Below are positions 25,861 through 35,365 of a DNA stretch of 64,000 nt, in pieces. Source of the DNA: Escherichia phage vB_EcoM_TH18. Every line of letters starts with the position of its first letter. Position 1 is the first letter of the stretch. The position numbers and the translations under genes were made by a program. The notes beneath the pieces are model-generated. The model was given only the letters and a program-made list of their open reading frames with translations. It had not been told where the DNA came from and searched no databases. Where the stretch lies: sequence record ON075799; one strand, given 5' to 3'.

Positions 25861-26262
25861 ATGAATACTTACAAAACTGTTTTTAATTTCGACAATTTCA
25901 AAGCTATCTGCGACGACCAGATCGGCAAGTGCCGTAAAGAAAAAGGATTCTATAAATCTTATAAGTTGATTGCGGTTGTTGATGAAGAGATCACCGAAGT
26001 GGCAACGCTCAACCTGTACCACACTAACGCTACTAATTACGCTTGCTTATGGATGCACTGGGCCAATATTAAAGGTTGGGATCATGGCTATGTTGGCGGG
26101 AAAGCAAGCGGATACGGTTACAACAGGGAGGAGGCCGCGATCCATGTCGCAGCTAATAAACTCGGTATCACTGGCAACTGGTTTAACGGTGAACAATTGT
26201 TAGATGCAATGGCACGTAATTTTGATATGAAAGGCGCGAAGGTTATCTGCTGCAACGCGTGA
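25861..26262 (+). CDS. hypothetical protein (133 aa)
   Basis: ORF with RBS agaggtaaatt downstream of repeat promoter copy 2. Confidence 0.55.
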   Translation: MNTYKTVFNFDNFKAICDDQIGKCRKEKGFYKSYKLIAVVDEEITEVATLNLYHTNATNYACLWMHWANIKGWDHGYVGGKASGYGYNREEAAIHVAANKLGITGNWFNGEQLLDAMARNFDMKGAKVICCNA

Positions 26263-26309
26263 TCACTCAATAGCGGGGAATATTCCCCGCTTATAGATAG
26301 GGCATAATC

Positions 26310-26768
26310 ATGATTTACGATCTTAAATATTACGACGAATTGAGTATTGCAGCACAATTAACCGCCCGTGTCAATATTATAGCAGACCTGGAAAATCACC
26401 ATAGAAAGCGCATAGTCCAGACTATAGCCAGTTTTAAAAATGATCCTCATAAAGTGATTAATGACACGAAGCACATTCAACGCCTCATAAACGGCGCAAA
26501 GACGCTTTATAGTGTACGTCATTACGGGGATGATTACCTTATAAAGTTTATTCGTGATAATCGTTTGATCTTTACCCCTGGTGGTAGCTATATAACCTAT
26601 AGCGACGGCTTTATGATGATTATTGGAGGTAAGGAATACACCCCCACGGCCTCACAACAAAAAGCATTGAGAGAGCTTTATATAGCCATTAATGAGCGTG
26701 GTCAATCATATCATGATTGGTTATATAGAATGCACCACAAAATAAAAATTTTTATGATTCCCGCTTGA
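26310..26768 (+). CDS. hypothetical protein (152 aa)
   Basis: ORF from six-frame track; GC hairpin agcgggga...tccccgct upstream. Confidence 0.5.
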   Translation: MIYDLKYYDELSIAAQLTARVNIIADLENHHRKRIVQTIASFKNDPHKVINDTKHIQRLINGAKTLYSVRHYGDDYLIKFIRDNRLIFTPGGSYITYSDGFMMIIGGKEYTPTASQQKALRELYIAINERGQSYHDWLYRMHHKIKIFMIPA

Positions 26769-26846
26769 CACCTACATAAAAACGCCTTATTATCTATCTC
26801 ATAAGGCGGGGAGCGGTTCCCCGCCACACTTAAGAGGTAAATAATC

Positions 26847-27236
26847 ATGCGTAACCTGGTTCATGTTTCCAACGTTGAAAAATTCCAATCTTTACAGGCT
26901 ATCGTAAACGATACAGCGCCTTTTATCGTTAAAGGCTTGATTGCCAGAATGCAACAGAAAAAACCTGAAATCTGGGCTAATTATTGCCTTGATAATGATG
27001 ATCAGGCTGCCGCTTTCATGGTTGGCGAACTGCTGGGAAGTGTAGGGAACATGCTACCGGAAAACATCGCAGAAGAGATCACCTACCGTTATAATATGGC
27101 GATAACTTATCAGGAAGTCGCACAATTTAACCTGATGGATGACGACGAACAACAGGATCAGGAAATTTTCTGGGAGTATGCCGACCGCCAAGCCGTTTTT
27201 GATGAGCGGTTAGAGATGTACTATAACGAATGGTAA
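26847..27236 (+). CDS. hypothetical acidic protein (129 aa)
   Basis: ORF with RBS agaggtaaat; promoter TTGACA-17-TTATTA with dyad cgccttat/ataaggcg. Confidence 0.55.
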   Translation: MRNLVHVSNVEKFQSLQAIVNDTAPFIVKGLIARMQQKKPEIWANYCLDNDDQAAAFMVGELLGSVGNMLPENIAEEITYRYNMAITYQEVAQFNLMDDDEQQDQEIFWEYADRQAVFDERLEMYYNEW

Positions 27237-27332
27237 TAAACAGGCCGCTAATATGCGGCCTTTAATTTTTCTATTGACAATATCGCACTAACCTTTAAAA
27301 TGTTCTTTGTTAAGTATCTTTAAAGGTGTAAC

Positions 27333-27512
27333 ATGTTCCAATCAATCATTGATATTCTATCAGTCGCTAATAACGTGATGAACGTAATTACAATGATTAA
27401 ACTTGTTGCGTGGTTTGTTTCCGGGGATTATCGCTATATTAAATGGCGCAAGCCAACCATAAAAGACGTAGTGAAGATCTCATTTGAAGCAATGACAGAA
27501 TATTATCTATAA
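27333..27512 (+). CDS. hypothetical small protein (59 aa), not in ORF track (<60 aa)
   Basis: ATG at 27333 with RBS aaaggtg; translation MFQSIIDILSVANN... Confidence 0.4.
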   Translation: MFQSIIDILSVANNVMNVITMIKLVAWFVSGDYRYIKWRKPTIKDVVKISFEAMTEYYL

Positions 27513-27868
27513 CGATTATTTTTTGTTGACATCCAAAAGATTTTTCAATACCATTGATCACATAAGGGCGGCAATGATGCTGCCCACAACTGAAAGAGAA
27601 ATCACCATGGCGCTTAAAAAACTAACAAGTAATACACGTTGGGATGAAATCGGCGGGGAAGTATACATTTTTACCCGTAAACCAGGTGACCAAAAATGAT
27701 CAAAGGCTTTTACTTGCCACCCTGCAACCATAGACCTGATAAAAAGGGAAGGTTTACGCGAAGCAGTAGCAAGAAGTTTACTGATCCCTTATAAAAAATA
27801 GTTTGAAATTAATTTCACTATTGATAAAATATTATATAAAACTTTAACCTAAAAAGGGGTAAATTAAT

Positions 27869-28069
27869 ATGAAACGTTTTACTTATGGTGTGGTTGATGG
27901 TTATGTATCTAACCGTTTTTACAATACCGAGCGTGGTGCTAAAAATGCGGCTACCCGTGAACATGGCAATAGTGTAAATTTACAAGTTGGCTATATTAGC
28001 AAAATTAGCGGTATGTTTATTCCGGTTGCTCAACGCGGCATGTATTGCATAAACTGGATGCCAATGTAA
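27869..28069 (+). CDS. hypothetical protein (66 aa)
   Basis: ORF with RBS aaaggggtaaat. Confidence 0.5.
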   Translation: MKRFTYGVVDGYVSNRFYNTERGAKNAATREHGNSVNLQVGYISKISGMFIPVAQRGMYCINWMPM

Positions 28070-28084
28070 AAAGGAGTAATAAAA

Positions 28085-28276
28085 ATGGATGTATCACAAG
28101 TTAGAAAGGTATTAGCAGCGTTACGCTATCACAATCATAGCAAGGTGAAGAATGATCCTGATTATGTTGATTCAAGTCTGGAGGAAGACACCTTGCAAGC
28201 TATAAGCCATATGCAGGAATTGCTTAAGCGTATGACAGAGAAGAACAGATCTGACTATATAGGTGACGAGATCTAA
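28085..28276 (+). CDS. hypothetical protein (63 aa)
   Basis: ORF with RBS aaaggagtaat. Confidence 0.5.
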   Translation: MDVSQVRKVLAALRYHNHSKVKNDPDYVDSSLEEDTLQAISHMQELLKRMTEKNRSDYIGDEI

Positions 28277-28372
28277 TCTTTACAATCTCGCCTATTGACA
28301 CCGGATCACGCTTACATTATTATCTATCTTGTAGGGCAAGCAATACCGCAAGCCCACAAAGAGGACAATAAA

Positions 28373-28741
28373 ATGAGCAAATCAGCAATTAAAGCACTTG
28401 AAAAAGCGCAAAAAGTGATCGCTACTTCCACCACTGGCGCAAGTATTAATCTGATCGCTTACTTGGAAGATGAAACTATCCGTAAAAATTGGCGTAATAC
28501 TGATTTGCTGGCTTGCTTATTGATTAATAGTGTTGCTAATGCTTTCCAGTGTGAAACAGCCGAGAGCCTGGAAGAAAACTTGTTTGACAATATGGATCAA
28601 GCCATTGAAACCTATATCCAATCAAATCTGGATAGCTGGAACAGTAAAACATGGCCCGACAGCTTACGCGATACAACTGACCAACTGATCCGCCTTGCGG
28701 TGATGGTTGAACGCGATAACGTTTACAGCCGCACAAAGTAA
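28373..28741 (+). CDS. hypothetical protein (122 aa)
   Basis: Start refined to MSKSAIK with RBS aagagga; promoter TTGACA-17-TATTAT upstream. Confidence 0.55.
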   Translation: MSKSAIKALEKAQKVIATSTTGASINLIAYLEDETIRKNWRNTDLLACLLINSVANAFQCETAESLEENLFDNMDQAIETYIQSNLDSWNSKTWPDSLRDTTDQLIRLAVMVERDNVYSRTK

Positions 28742-28750
28742 GATAGTACA

Positions 28751-28779
28751 AAGGGCGCTTAATGCGCCCTTTCTTTTTG
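28751..28779 (+). terminator. strong rho-independent terminator closing the plus-strand block
   Basis: aagggcgc-ttaa-tgcgccctt followed by TTCTTTTT. Confidence 0.75.
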
Positions 28780-29165
28780 CCCTAACAAACATGATAAGTT
28801 TTATCTATCAAAACACCACACAGAAAGAAAGTGAATAAAACGCGGTATCGAGCTAAACGAGGGTGGGCAATACAACGGCAAGGCTAAACAATTAAGGCTG
28901 TTATAACGCGATTTAGGCCGCTTAAAATCGATCCCCACCACAAACAACACCCACAAAATGACCAAAACGACACAACATGACTTAAATGATAACCATTCCC
29001 AACAACATAAGCATTTTTATGCAATTTGAGTGAATATCTATTTAAATGATAATGACTCTCAACAACAAACTAACACGACCGAAGCGATTCAATCGCCTAC
29101 CACAAAATTAATCACTTGTAAAGAGTAATTTGAAAAAAGCTGCGTAGGTGGCGCGACCGTAGGGA

Positions 29166-29440
29166 GCGACACAATAACGCAGTAGTAGCCCCTCACCCCT
29201 CCTTCCAGTCGCCCCCGGTATCGGGGCAGCGTTATTGTGTCGCTAAGCGACAACGCGTTAACAATTTTGCAAGATTTTATTAATACTTTAACTGTTATAA
29301 TTTTATTGCAAAATTGTTAACCTACTGCGTTATTGTGTCACGTAGTGATTAGTTACATATGTAACTAACAGCTATCACTGCAAAATTGTGTCACGTAGTG
29401 ATTAGCTGAGAATCAGCTAACCCGTAAAACGGGCTAAATT
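29166..29440. repeat. cluster of inverted and direct repeats flanking an AT-rich core (candidate origin or regulatory hub)
   Basis: gcgacacaataacgcagtag at 29166-29185 with reverse-complement copies at 29229-29243 and 29321-29340; 16-bp dyad 29257-29272/29306-29321; direct repeat attgtgtcacgtagtgattag at 29332 and 29385; palindromes gttacatatgtaac and agctgagaatcagct. Confidence 0.7.
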
Positions 29441-30604
29441 GTGTCCGGTACGGATGAGATAATCTCTCATTAATCCCCGATTATTACGCAGTAAATCACC
29501 ATGAATCACCTGTTTTTAACCCTGTTATTGTGTTCTTGCCCAGGGATAACCGCTTACTATGCGGTTAAATGCTGTATAGTCGCTACGCGATTAAGCGCGA
29601 TGCGCTTAACCTGCAAAGCAGGCTTCTAAGTGCCTGAAATGCCAGATCAATTTGGTCACTGCGTGATCATGATTGCGACAATAATTTGCTTATGATTTGC
29701 TATTTATTTGTTTGTAGTTGGTTATAGTTGTTATGGTTTGTTTGTTAATAGTTGCTATAATTTTGCTTTATTTGATTTTATTTGTTAAACACCCTTTTAT
29801 CATTCCTCTTACATTTTCGCAATATTTATTTTTGTTATCGTTTTCCCTCATTTCATTTCGTTATTGAAAACAAGAATTATTATCAATGCGCCTTAACAGG
29901 CTGACAGGTCTGTTAGTGGGCTAGCTCTCTGTGTGGTTATGTGTCGGCTGTTATTGTTAGCTTGCTTATTGTTGTGTGGTGTATGTACCAGTTAACTAGT
30001 ACATTGTGTGGTGCGCATAACGTGTATTATGTTAAATCGCTAAGCCCACAAATCAGGTGACTTGTCAATAACAATAAGTGCTGTGTGCGGTAGGTCTGAC
30101 CTATCAGTGTGCCCCTTTGTTGTGTGGTGCTTCCAATGGCTGGTCTGCCTGCTGTCTGTGCTGCGTCAGGAATCGAGGGGACTCGATCGCAATAGCTGTA
30201 AGATATTTTGTAAAGATTCGTAGTTTTTCTTGACACCCACAATCGTCTGCCTAACCCTTCAGAGATAAATACTTCAGAGATTTATCTGGGCTTTTTACCC
30301 TTCAGGTATAGAGACGTGTGTTTTATCCCTCACTTCTGAGATAAAGCCGTAGATATTTTCACTCTTCACATCATGTGCAAGTTAATACATGTATGTCTTT
30401 ACAGACGGGGTGGGGTAACAATCAGGAAGTGGTCTGGCAGTGATAACGCACTGGATAAAAGCTCTGTGTGGATTGTCGATGATATTTGTGTGTGTGGGAA
30501 ATGCTGATAGGCAAGAGATAAGACACTTGTCTCCGGCAGGGGTGGGGTGTGGAAAAGAAATGGGCCTGTCCGACCCATTGTGTTACAGAGATGAAACGCC
30601 TATC

Positions 30605-30856
30605 TCACCATTGACCAGGTAAGCCAATATCAAGGCCAAATTCGTGACATTCATCCCAGTCAAGACTTTGATTCCAGTTTGTAACTGTTTGCTCTGTGTG
30701 GTGGGTGTGTGATGCTCTCTGTGACTGCTTGGGCATCTTTTTTGTCTGGGATTTCCCGAAGAGAGGTGTGTTGTCATTAAGTCTTCCGGCAGCCTTTTCA
30801 CCCTTTTTGACTTGTCTCCCACGGGCATTCCACTGCTCCAGTGTCCTGTAACACAT
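30605..30856 (-). CDS. possible small basic protein (83 aa)
   Basis: ORF with aggaga RBS ~9 nt upstream; lies in an otherwise low-complexity non-coding region. Confidence 0.3.
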   Translation of the reverse strand: MCYRTLEQWNARGRQVKKGEKAAGRLNDNTPLFGKSQTKKMPKQSQRASHTHHTEQTVTNWNQSLDWDECHEFGLDIGLPGQW

Positions 30857-31247
30857 AAAATGATTCTCCTGTAATATCTGGTGTGGGAATGATAGTGGAG
30901 AATGTCAGTCGTGTCAAGTAGGTTGCTCAGAGGCGCTATTATAAAAATTTTTTGGTGGCTTTCTGGGGCTTGTTGTGGGACTGTAAACAAGCTGTGGAGC
31001 CAGATGTGACGGGGCTTTCAGCCATGTTGTGTGTTGATAGCAAATAAGGATAAAATAATCAATATAAATGCGGATAAATGTTGTTTTATTGCGGTTGTGT
31101 GACTAGTGTGTCAATTCTTGATAGGCTATGTCTTGTACATATTTTGTACAATTGTGTGGTGTGTGGAGTTTGGGTGGCAATTCCCCAGACGGGGTAGGGT
31201 AGGTTATGGTGGGGAGCAGGGGCATGGTTAGCCCCATATGATCAGGG

Positions 31248-31565
31248 TTATGCGTCTGTTTGTTTGAACTGGTCTTTTGAACGTATTATATAGCTGCATC
31301 CGTATTTTCTTAGCCAGACAAGTTCCCATGGACTATCACTCAGGTTCTTCCTGTTTATCTCTTTTAGCTGGGCAACCGCATCGTCCCATGATGTGACTTC
31401 GAGATAACCGATAAGACAGTCCTCTCCAAAATCTCCGTAATCAAATGTGCATCTGACCTTGGCGATAAACTCTGTTTGTGGGCTTGTTGGTTTTACAAAA
31501 GCCCGGTGAAAGATTTGTTCTGTGCAGTGCTCATTAACCCATCTGATTTGTGTGGTCATAATCAC
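31248..31565 (-). CDS. hypothetical protein (105 aa)
   Basis: ORF from six-frame track; last gene of the minus-strand block. Confidence 0.55.
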   Translation of the reverse strand: MIMTTQIRWVNEHCTEQIFHRAFVKPTSPQTEFIAKVRCTFDYGDFGEDCLIGYLEVTSWDDAVAQLKEINRKNLSDSPWELVWLRKYGCSYIIRSKDQFKQTDA

Positions 31566-31568
31566 CCC

Positions 31569-32192
31569 TCATCGTATAATTTCGCCTCGGAAAACTGTCT
31601 CTTGCTCCTGAAGATGCCTTGTCATGTAGTCTTTGATCCGATCATCAACCCATTTAATACGTTCTGGGTTGGTGTGGCAATTAGCGTTGGTACTTTCCAA
31701 CCAGTAAGCCGCCTGGTCCGTGGCGAATGGAAAATTCAATGGACGACCCGCAGCTACGAATTGTGCTTGCATCTCCCGAAGTAAGTTATCCCTTTCTCGC
31801 CATGACCAGCGCCATTCTGCATAAGCCTTCAGATTGTTTTTCAGGCCTGTCTGTGTTGAAAACTTATACCCTAAATATTTGTCAGGGTCATTAAGCCATT
31901 TCTGGTAAGCCGTGTAAAACTCATACAGTTTTTCACTTGAAACTTTTATCTTTGTTGCCTGTGTGGGTGGCAGAGGCAGATATCTCCAGTGTGTTGGTTC
32001 ACACACAATACGCGTGTCATCGTGGTAAGCATACTGAAACACACCTTGCCCAATATGAGCACCAACAAACATTTCTTTAGTGTCTGAACAGAACACCAGA
32101 ACATCTACAAAATCTTGTGGTAACTTATCGGAACACATTGCCCATGTATCTTGATGATAGGTTTTTAATTCCGCAAAAAATTTATTTTCCAT
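31569..32192 (-). CDS. hypothetical protein (207 aa)
   Basis: Start refined to MENKFF with gagggtg RBS. Confidence 0.55.
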   Translation of the reverse strand: MENKFFAELKTYHQDTWAMCSDKLPQDFVDVLVFCSDTKEMFVGAHIGQGVFQYAYHDDTRIVCEPTHWRYLPLPPTQATKIKVSSEKLYEFYTAYQKWLNDPDKYLGYKFSTQTGLKNNLKAYAEWRWSWRERDNLLREMQAQFVAAGRPLNFPFATDQAAYWLESTNANCHTNPERIKWVDDRIKDYMTRHLQEQETVFRGEIIR

Positions 32193-32194
32193 AC

Positions 32195-32383
32195 CTACAC
32201 CCTCAAAAATAAGGAAAACAGACAGGCAATCCCACCGAATACACTGACGCAACTTAGAAGAATACCCCTGAGCCTTTTCCAACCTTTAACAGAGGCACTT
32301 TCCCAGAGTCCACTGACTGCCAATACGAAATTGGCAATCCCAAGAAAGGCTAGTAGTAAATTTAATAGTATATCCATTATCGG
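32195..32383 (-). CDS. small membrane protein (~62 aa)
   Basis: Two hydrophobic segments; start ambiguous (overlaps upstream gene). Confidence 0.35.
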   Translation of the reverse strand, partial: PIMDILLNLLLAFLGIANFVLAVSGLWESASVKGWKRLRGILLSCVSVFGGIACLFSLFLRV

Positions 32384-32385
32384 CA

Positions 32386-32742
32386 TCACCCAAACCACAT
32401 TACTATCCCCAGTACCACGAAAAGAAACCCAAGTAAACAAAAGGAGGTCATTCTCTCTTTCTTTTTAAACTCTTTTGTTGGGTTGTAATTTTCCTGTTTT
32501 AATACAAGGTTCTCATCATACCAAGTAATCCGTTGCCCGTTCAGGTTATAATACCGCTTATGAAGCTGCACAGCTTTTTTGGCAATATCTCCTGTTGGGT
32601 ATGGGTTTGAGTACATGGCATCGCCATCATCTGAAACTACTGTTTGATTTATCGCATTACCATCGTAGTACACTTCCCAGCAGGATTTAGTTATAACCCC
32701 ATCAACCATGTCTTCTATGTGGTATATATTGTACTTGCTCAT
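32386..32742 (-). CDS. hypothetical protein with C-terminal TM anchor (118 aa)
   Basis: C-terminus FCLLGFLFVVLGIVMWFG hydrophobic. Confidence 0.5.
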   Translation of the reverse strand: MSKYNIYHIEDMVDGVITKSCWEVYYDGNAINQTVVSDDGDAMYSNPYPTGDIAKKAVQLHKRYYNLNGQRITWYDENLVLKQENYNPTKEFKKKERMTSFCLLGFLFVVLGIVMWFG

Positions 32743-33092
32743 ACGTACTCTTTTATCTCCTGGATTGCATCTTTCGATAGCCAGTTATCAACAGGAATAC
32801 TACTGAAATCCTTGTGCCCCTCCCTATGGTCAAGGGGACATATATCCTCTGGCACTTTAAAATGAATGCCTTCGATATCGTAATAGTTTCCGTCTATAAG
32901 GGTATAGACGTGTCCTTGTATCCTGCTATAGCATATTTGTGCTTGTGGAAAAATGTGTTTAAGTACTAATGCCACCTGGTAGCACTTTCCATTCTGACCA
33001 ACCCACACACTATCTACTTGTGGTGGGAAAATATCTCTGATTTTTCTTATCAAAGATGTTATATGGTTCTCTACACAACCTGCCATACTCAT
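32739..33092 (-). CDS. hypothetical protein (117 aa)
   Basis: ORF from six-frame track; coupled overlaps with neighbours. Confidence 0.5.
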   Translation of the reverse strand: MSMAGCVENHITSLIRKIRDIFPPQVDSVWVGQNGKCYQVALVLKHIFPQAQICYSRIQGHVYTLIDGNYYDIEGIHFKVPEDICPLDHREGHKDFSSIPVDNWLSKDAIQEIKEYV

Positions 33093-33385
33093 CGCCTTGT
33101 TTTTAGCAGTGCCTTGAAAAATTTTCTCGCTGCTTTTTCTGCTTGCCCCTTACGAGAAAACTCATTCTCTCTGAATCTCCATTTCCCAGTGTCCTCGTCC
33201 TTCCAGACTTCTGTGTCAAGGAAATCAAGGATAGTCATCTTGTCTATGTACATAGTGCTTGGAATCATTCCAATATCCTCATCTGTAAACCAGTATTTTA
33301 TAACTCCGTTATAGACTTCTCGGAGGTACTCTCTACGATCATTACCAGAAATCATATTTTTCCCTGATAGCTGCTCCCAGTCCAA
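33089..33385 (-). CDS. hypothetical protein (98 aa)
   Basis: ORF from six-frame track. Confidence 0.5.
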   Translation of the reverse strand: MDWEQLSGKNMISGNDRREYLREVYNGVIKYWFTDEDIGMIPSTMYIDKMTILDFLDTEVWKDEDTGKWRFRENEFSRKGQAEKAARKFFKALLKTRR

Positions 33386-33527
33386 TACCGATAGCTAATA
33401 ATACTGCCACAGTGATCAACCAAAAGAGATAAGCATTGCCAAAAATGGTTGTTGGAAACACAACAATGAACAAAACAAGCAGTACGACAGGAACCCCGAT
33501 ACACAAATTCTTCAGCACTTCCTTCAT
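33342..33527 (-). CDS. small membrane protein (61 aa, two TM helices)
   Basis: Sequence almost entirely hydrophobic (VVLLVLFIVVF...LITVAVLLAIGIGLGAAI). Confidence 0.5.
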   Translation of the reverse strand: MKEVLKNLCIGVPVVLLVLFIVVFPTTIFGNAYLFWLITVAVLLAIGIGLGAAIREKYDFW

Positions 33528-33529
33528 AA

Positions 33530-33820
33530 TTACAAACTATCCTCTTTCTTTGGTAAAGGTTTAAAGCATGGCGGTAATTCACCACCTAACGACCAACGTA
33601 GAAGATAATTATATCCTGGAAGTCTCTTGATACCGCCTTCTCCTTTATACACCCACGGAACAAGCGTAGATTCAAATTTTCTCTTGCCTGTCTTTGACTC
33701 ATACAATAGCCACATACCTTTGGTATTGGTTCCTGTATCCGTCCAGTTTATCTGCCACTCTGATGTTCCCACTAATTCGAAATTGTCTGTTTCTTTCTTT
33801 TTCTTAAACCATCCAAACAT
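33530..33820 (-). CDS. hypothetical protein (~96 aa)
   Basis: Start tentatively MFGWFKKKK; ORF from six-frame track. Confidence 0.45.
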   Translation of the reverse strand: MFGWFKKKKETDNFELVGTSEWQINWTDTGTNTKGMWLLYESKTGKRKFESTLVPWVYKGEGGIKRLPGYNYLLRWSLGGELPPCFKPLPKKEDSL

Positions 33821-33977
33821 TACTCTATCCTTACTGATACATATCGCCATGTTCTTTTGTAATATTCTACAGTTTCCTTCAGTTTGTCAAGAGGTACTTT
33901 GGTTTTCAACACCCACCAGTTTCCCAAGTATTCGGCAGAACATGCACTCATCCTGCCACATATGGTATACGTTGCCA

Positions 33978-34178
33978 CTACATCCTCCACGTTAGTTTCT
34001 GAGCGATCTCTAACAAGGCATCTATCTTGTGCATATACTCTTTCCTTTTCTCACTACCAGGAGGGAATTGGTCTCTCGTTTGCATCAAGGTTTTTATCTC
34101 TTCAGACAGATGATTAAGGATTTCAACGCGCTCACGTTTTCGACCTAGTTGCTCAATTTCTTTATCACGACAATTCAT
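33978..34178 (-). CDS. hypothetical protein (66 aa)
   Basis: ORF from six-frame track; divergent from the plus-strand gene at 34258. Confidence 0.45.
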   Translation of the reverse strand: MNCRDKEIEQLGRKRERVEILNHLSEEIKTLMQTRDQFPPGSEKRKEYMHKIDALLEIAQKLTWRM

Positions 34179-34194
34179 AATACACCCTACAGTG

Positions 34195-34223
34195 TTGTCA
34201 AACTATGAGAGTATGATAATATA
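34195..34223 (+). promoter_or_regulatory. sigma70-like promoter (TTGTCA, ~16-nt spacer, TAATAT)
   Basis: Upstream of the lone plus-strand gene starting at 34258. Confidence 0.45.
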
Positions 34224-34257
34224 TGGTGCAACAACTTACAATAGCAGGAGACGATTT

Positions 34258-34539
34258 ATGACTGTAAAAATCCCTAAAGGTGGCAGACCAGATAGAAATG
34301 CATGTGACATGCGTGTAAGGGTAGGGAGAATGTGTCTAATTTATGGAATAACTTATCCACCAATGGTGCGACTTAATGGTAAAATATGTAAGGTCATCGA
34401 CATACCAAAAGATAACACAACACGCTTCTTGTGCAAGGTCAAAGATGAAGAGAAGGTTTTTAACATCCCACACAAAAACCTAACAGTTTTGGATCTTAAT
34501 GACAACATTGTTATCTCTAAATACCGTTGTATAAGCTAA
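34258..34539 (+). CDS. hypothetical protein (93 aa), lone plus-strand gene within the minus-strand block
   Basis: Start refined to MTVKIPKGG with RBS aggag; own promoter and terminator. Confidence 0.5.
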   Translation: MTVKIPKGGRPDRNACDMRVRVGRMCLIYGITYPPMVRLNGKICKVIDIPKDNTTRFLCKVKDEEKVFNIPHKNLTVLDLNDNIVISKYRCIS

Positions 34540-34542
34540 CAT

Positions 34543-34566
34543 AAAAGCCCCGCATGGGGCTTTTAT
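34543..34566. terminator. bidirectional rho-independent terminator
   Basis: aaaagccccg-cat-ggggctttt with A-run and T-run on either side, between convergent genes. Confidence 0.7.
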
Positions 34567-34568
34567 GT

Positions 34569-35309
34569 TTATTCAAAATCATCAACACCACTATCGGTAA
34601 GGTTTTCTCTGCTTGAAGGTTTTGTCGAAAGAACTTGCTCAAGCAGAGAGGAAAATTTCTGCAAATTACTTACAGAAGAAGTACCTGCTGCCATGGCAAG
34701 CATATCCACTTCTTTTTCGGTAGGTTGAGCCCAGTCTAGAAACATCTCTTTCATGTACAACGTTGATGACCCTATTGGTGTGGCGAGGTCAACCCTATCA
34801 GCATAGATCCAGAAAAGAACCTCTTTCTCTATACATACACACAAAGCAGCACCCAACGAGTATCCTGTAACGATGGATGGATATCTTGCAACGAGGATCT
34901 CGACATTCAGGTCATCCCAGTGAAATACAACACCCAAATACTTCATACCCACAATGTCTTCCACTGCGGGTTTTAGCTCCTCATGGGAAGAAAGGGAGTC
35001 ATAGTTAATATTCTTTATGAATTTAAGAACGTCTTGGCGGTTGTAGGCACAATCGTTATCACCTTGCTTCCAATAACCCCAAAATGAAGTCGATAAATTC
35101 AACCAAAAACTTGCAGTTGTCCCTAATGTCTCAGCCAGTTTTTCAGCCACATCTTCTGATACTTCTTCCATGTTATAAAGGATGGTTCTCAACTTATTTA
35201 CCGGTATACCAGATTTGTCGGCAAGATCATCCACACACCAACCTAATGGATCTAGATATTCGTGGATAATAACCTCACCTGGTGATACTGGTGCTCTTTC
35301 TTTTAACAT
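34569..35309 (-). CDS. HTH (XRE/HigA-like) DNA-binding domain fused to an unknown C-terminal domain
   Basis: Start refined to MLKERAP; N-terminus PGEVIIHEYLDPLGWCVDDLADKSGIPVNKLRTIL resembles HigA/XRE HTH; ~180 aa C-terminal part unassigned. Confidence 0.55.
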   Translation of the reverse strand: MLKERAPVSPGEVIIHEYLDPLGWCVDDLADKSGIPVNKLRTILYNMEEVSEDVAEKLAETLGTTASFWLNLSTSFWGYWKQGDNDCAYNRQDVLKFIKNINYDSLSSHEELKPAVEDIVGMKYLGVVFHWDDLNVEILVARYPSIVTGYSLGAALCVCIEKEVLFWIYADRVDLATPIGSSTLYMKEMFLDWAQPTEKEVDMLAMAAGTSSVSNLQKFSSLLEQVLSTKPSSRENLTDSGVDDFE

Positions 35310-35365
35310 TCTTGCTCCTCTATCTATATCAGAAAACCCTGCAAAGCAGCAGGGTTCTGTCACTC

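Noticed and set aside
30027-30990. ORFs 30027..30242, 30440..30622 and 30583..30990 in the G+T-rich region
   Set aside because: Translations are low-complexity and the ORFs overlap each other; only 30605..30856, which has an RBS, was kept at low confidence.
29690-31250. Possible CRISPR array given the many short repeats
   Set aside because: Repeats are irregular in sequence, length and spacing, with no constant ~30-nt repeat unit and no cas genes nearby.
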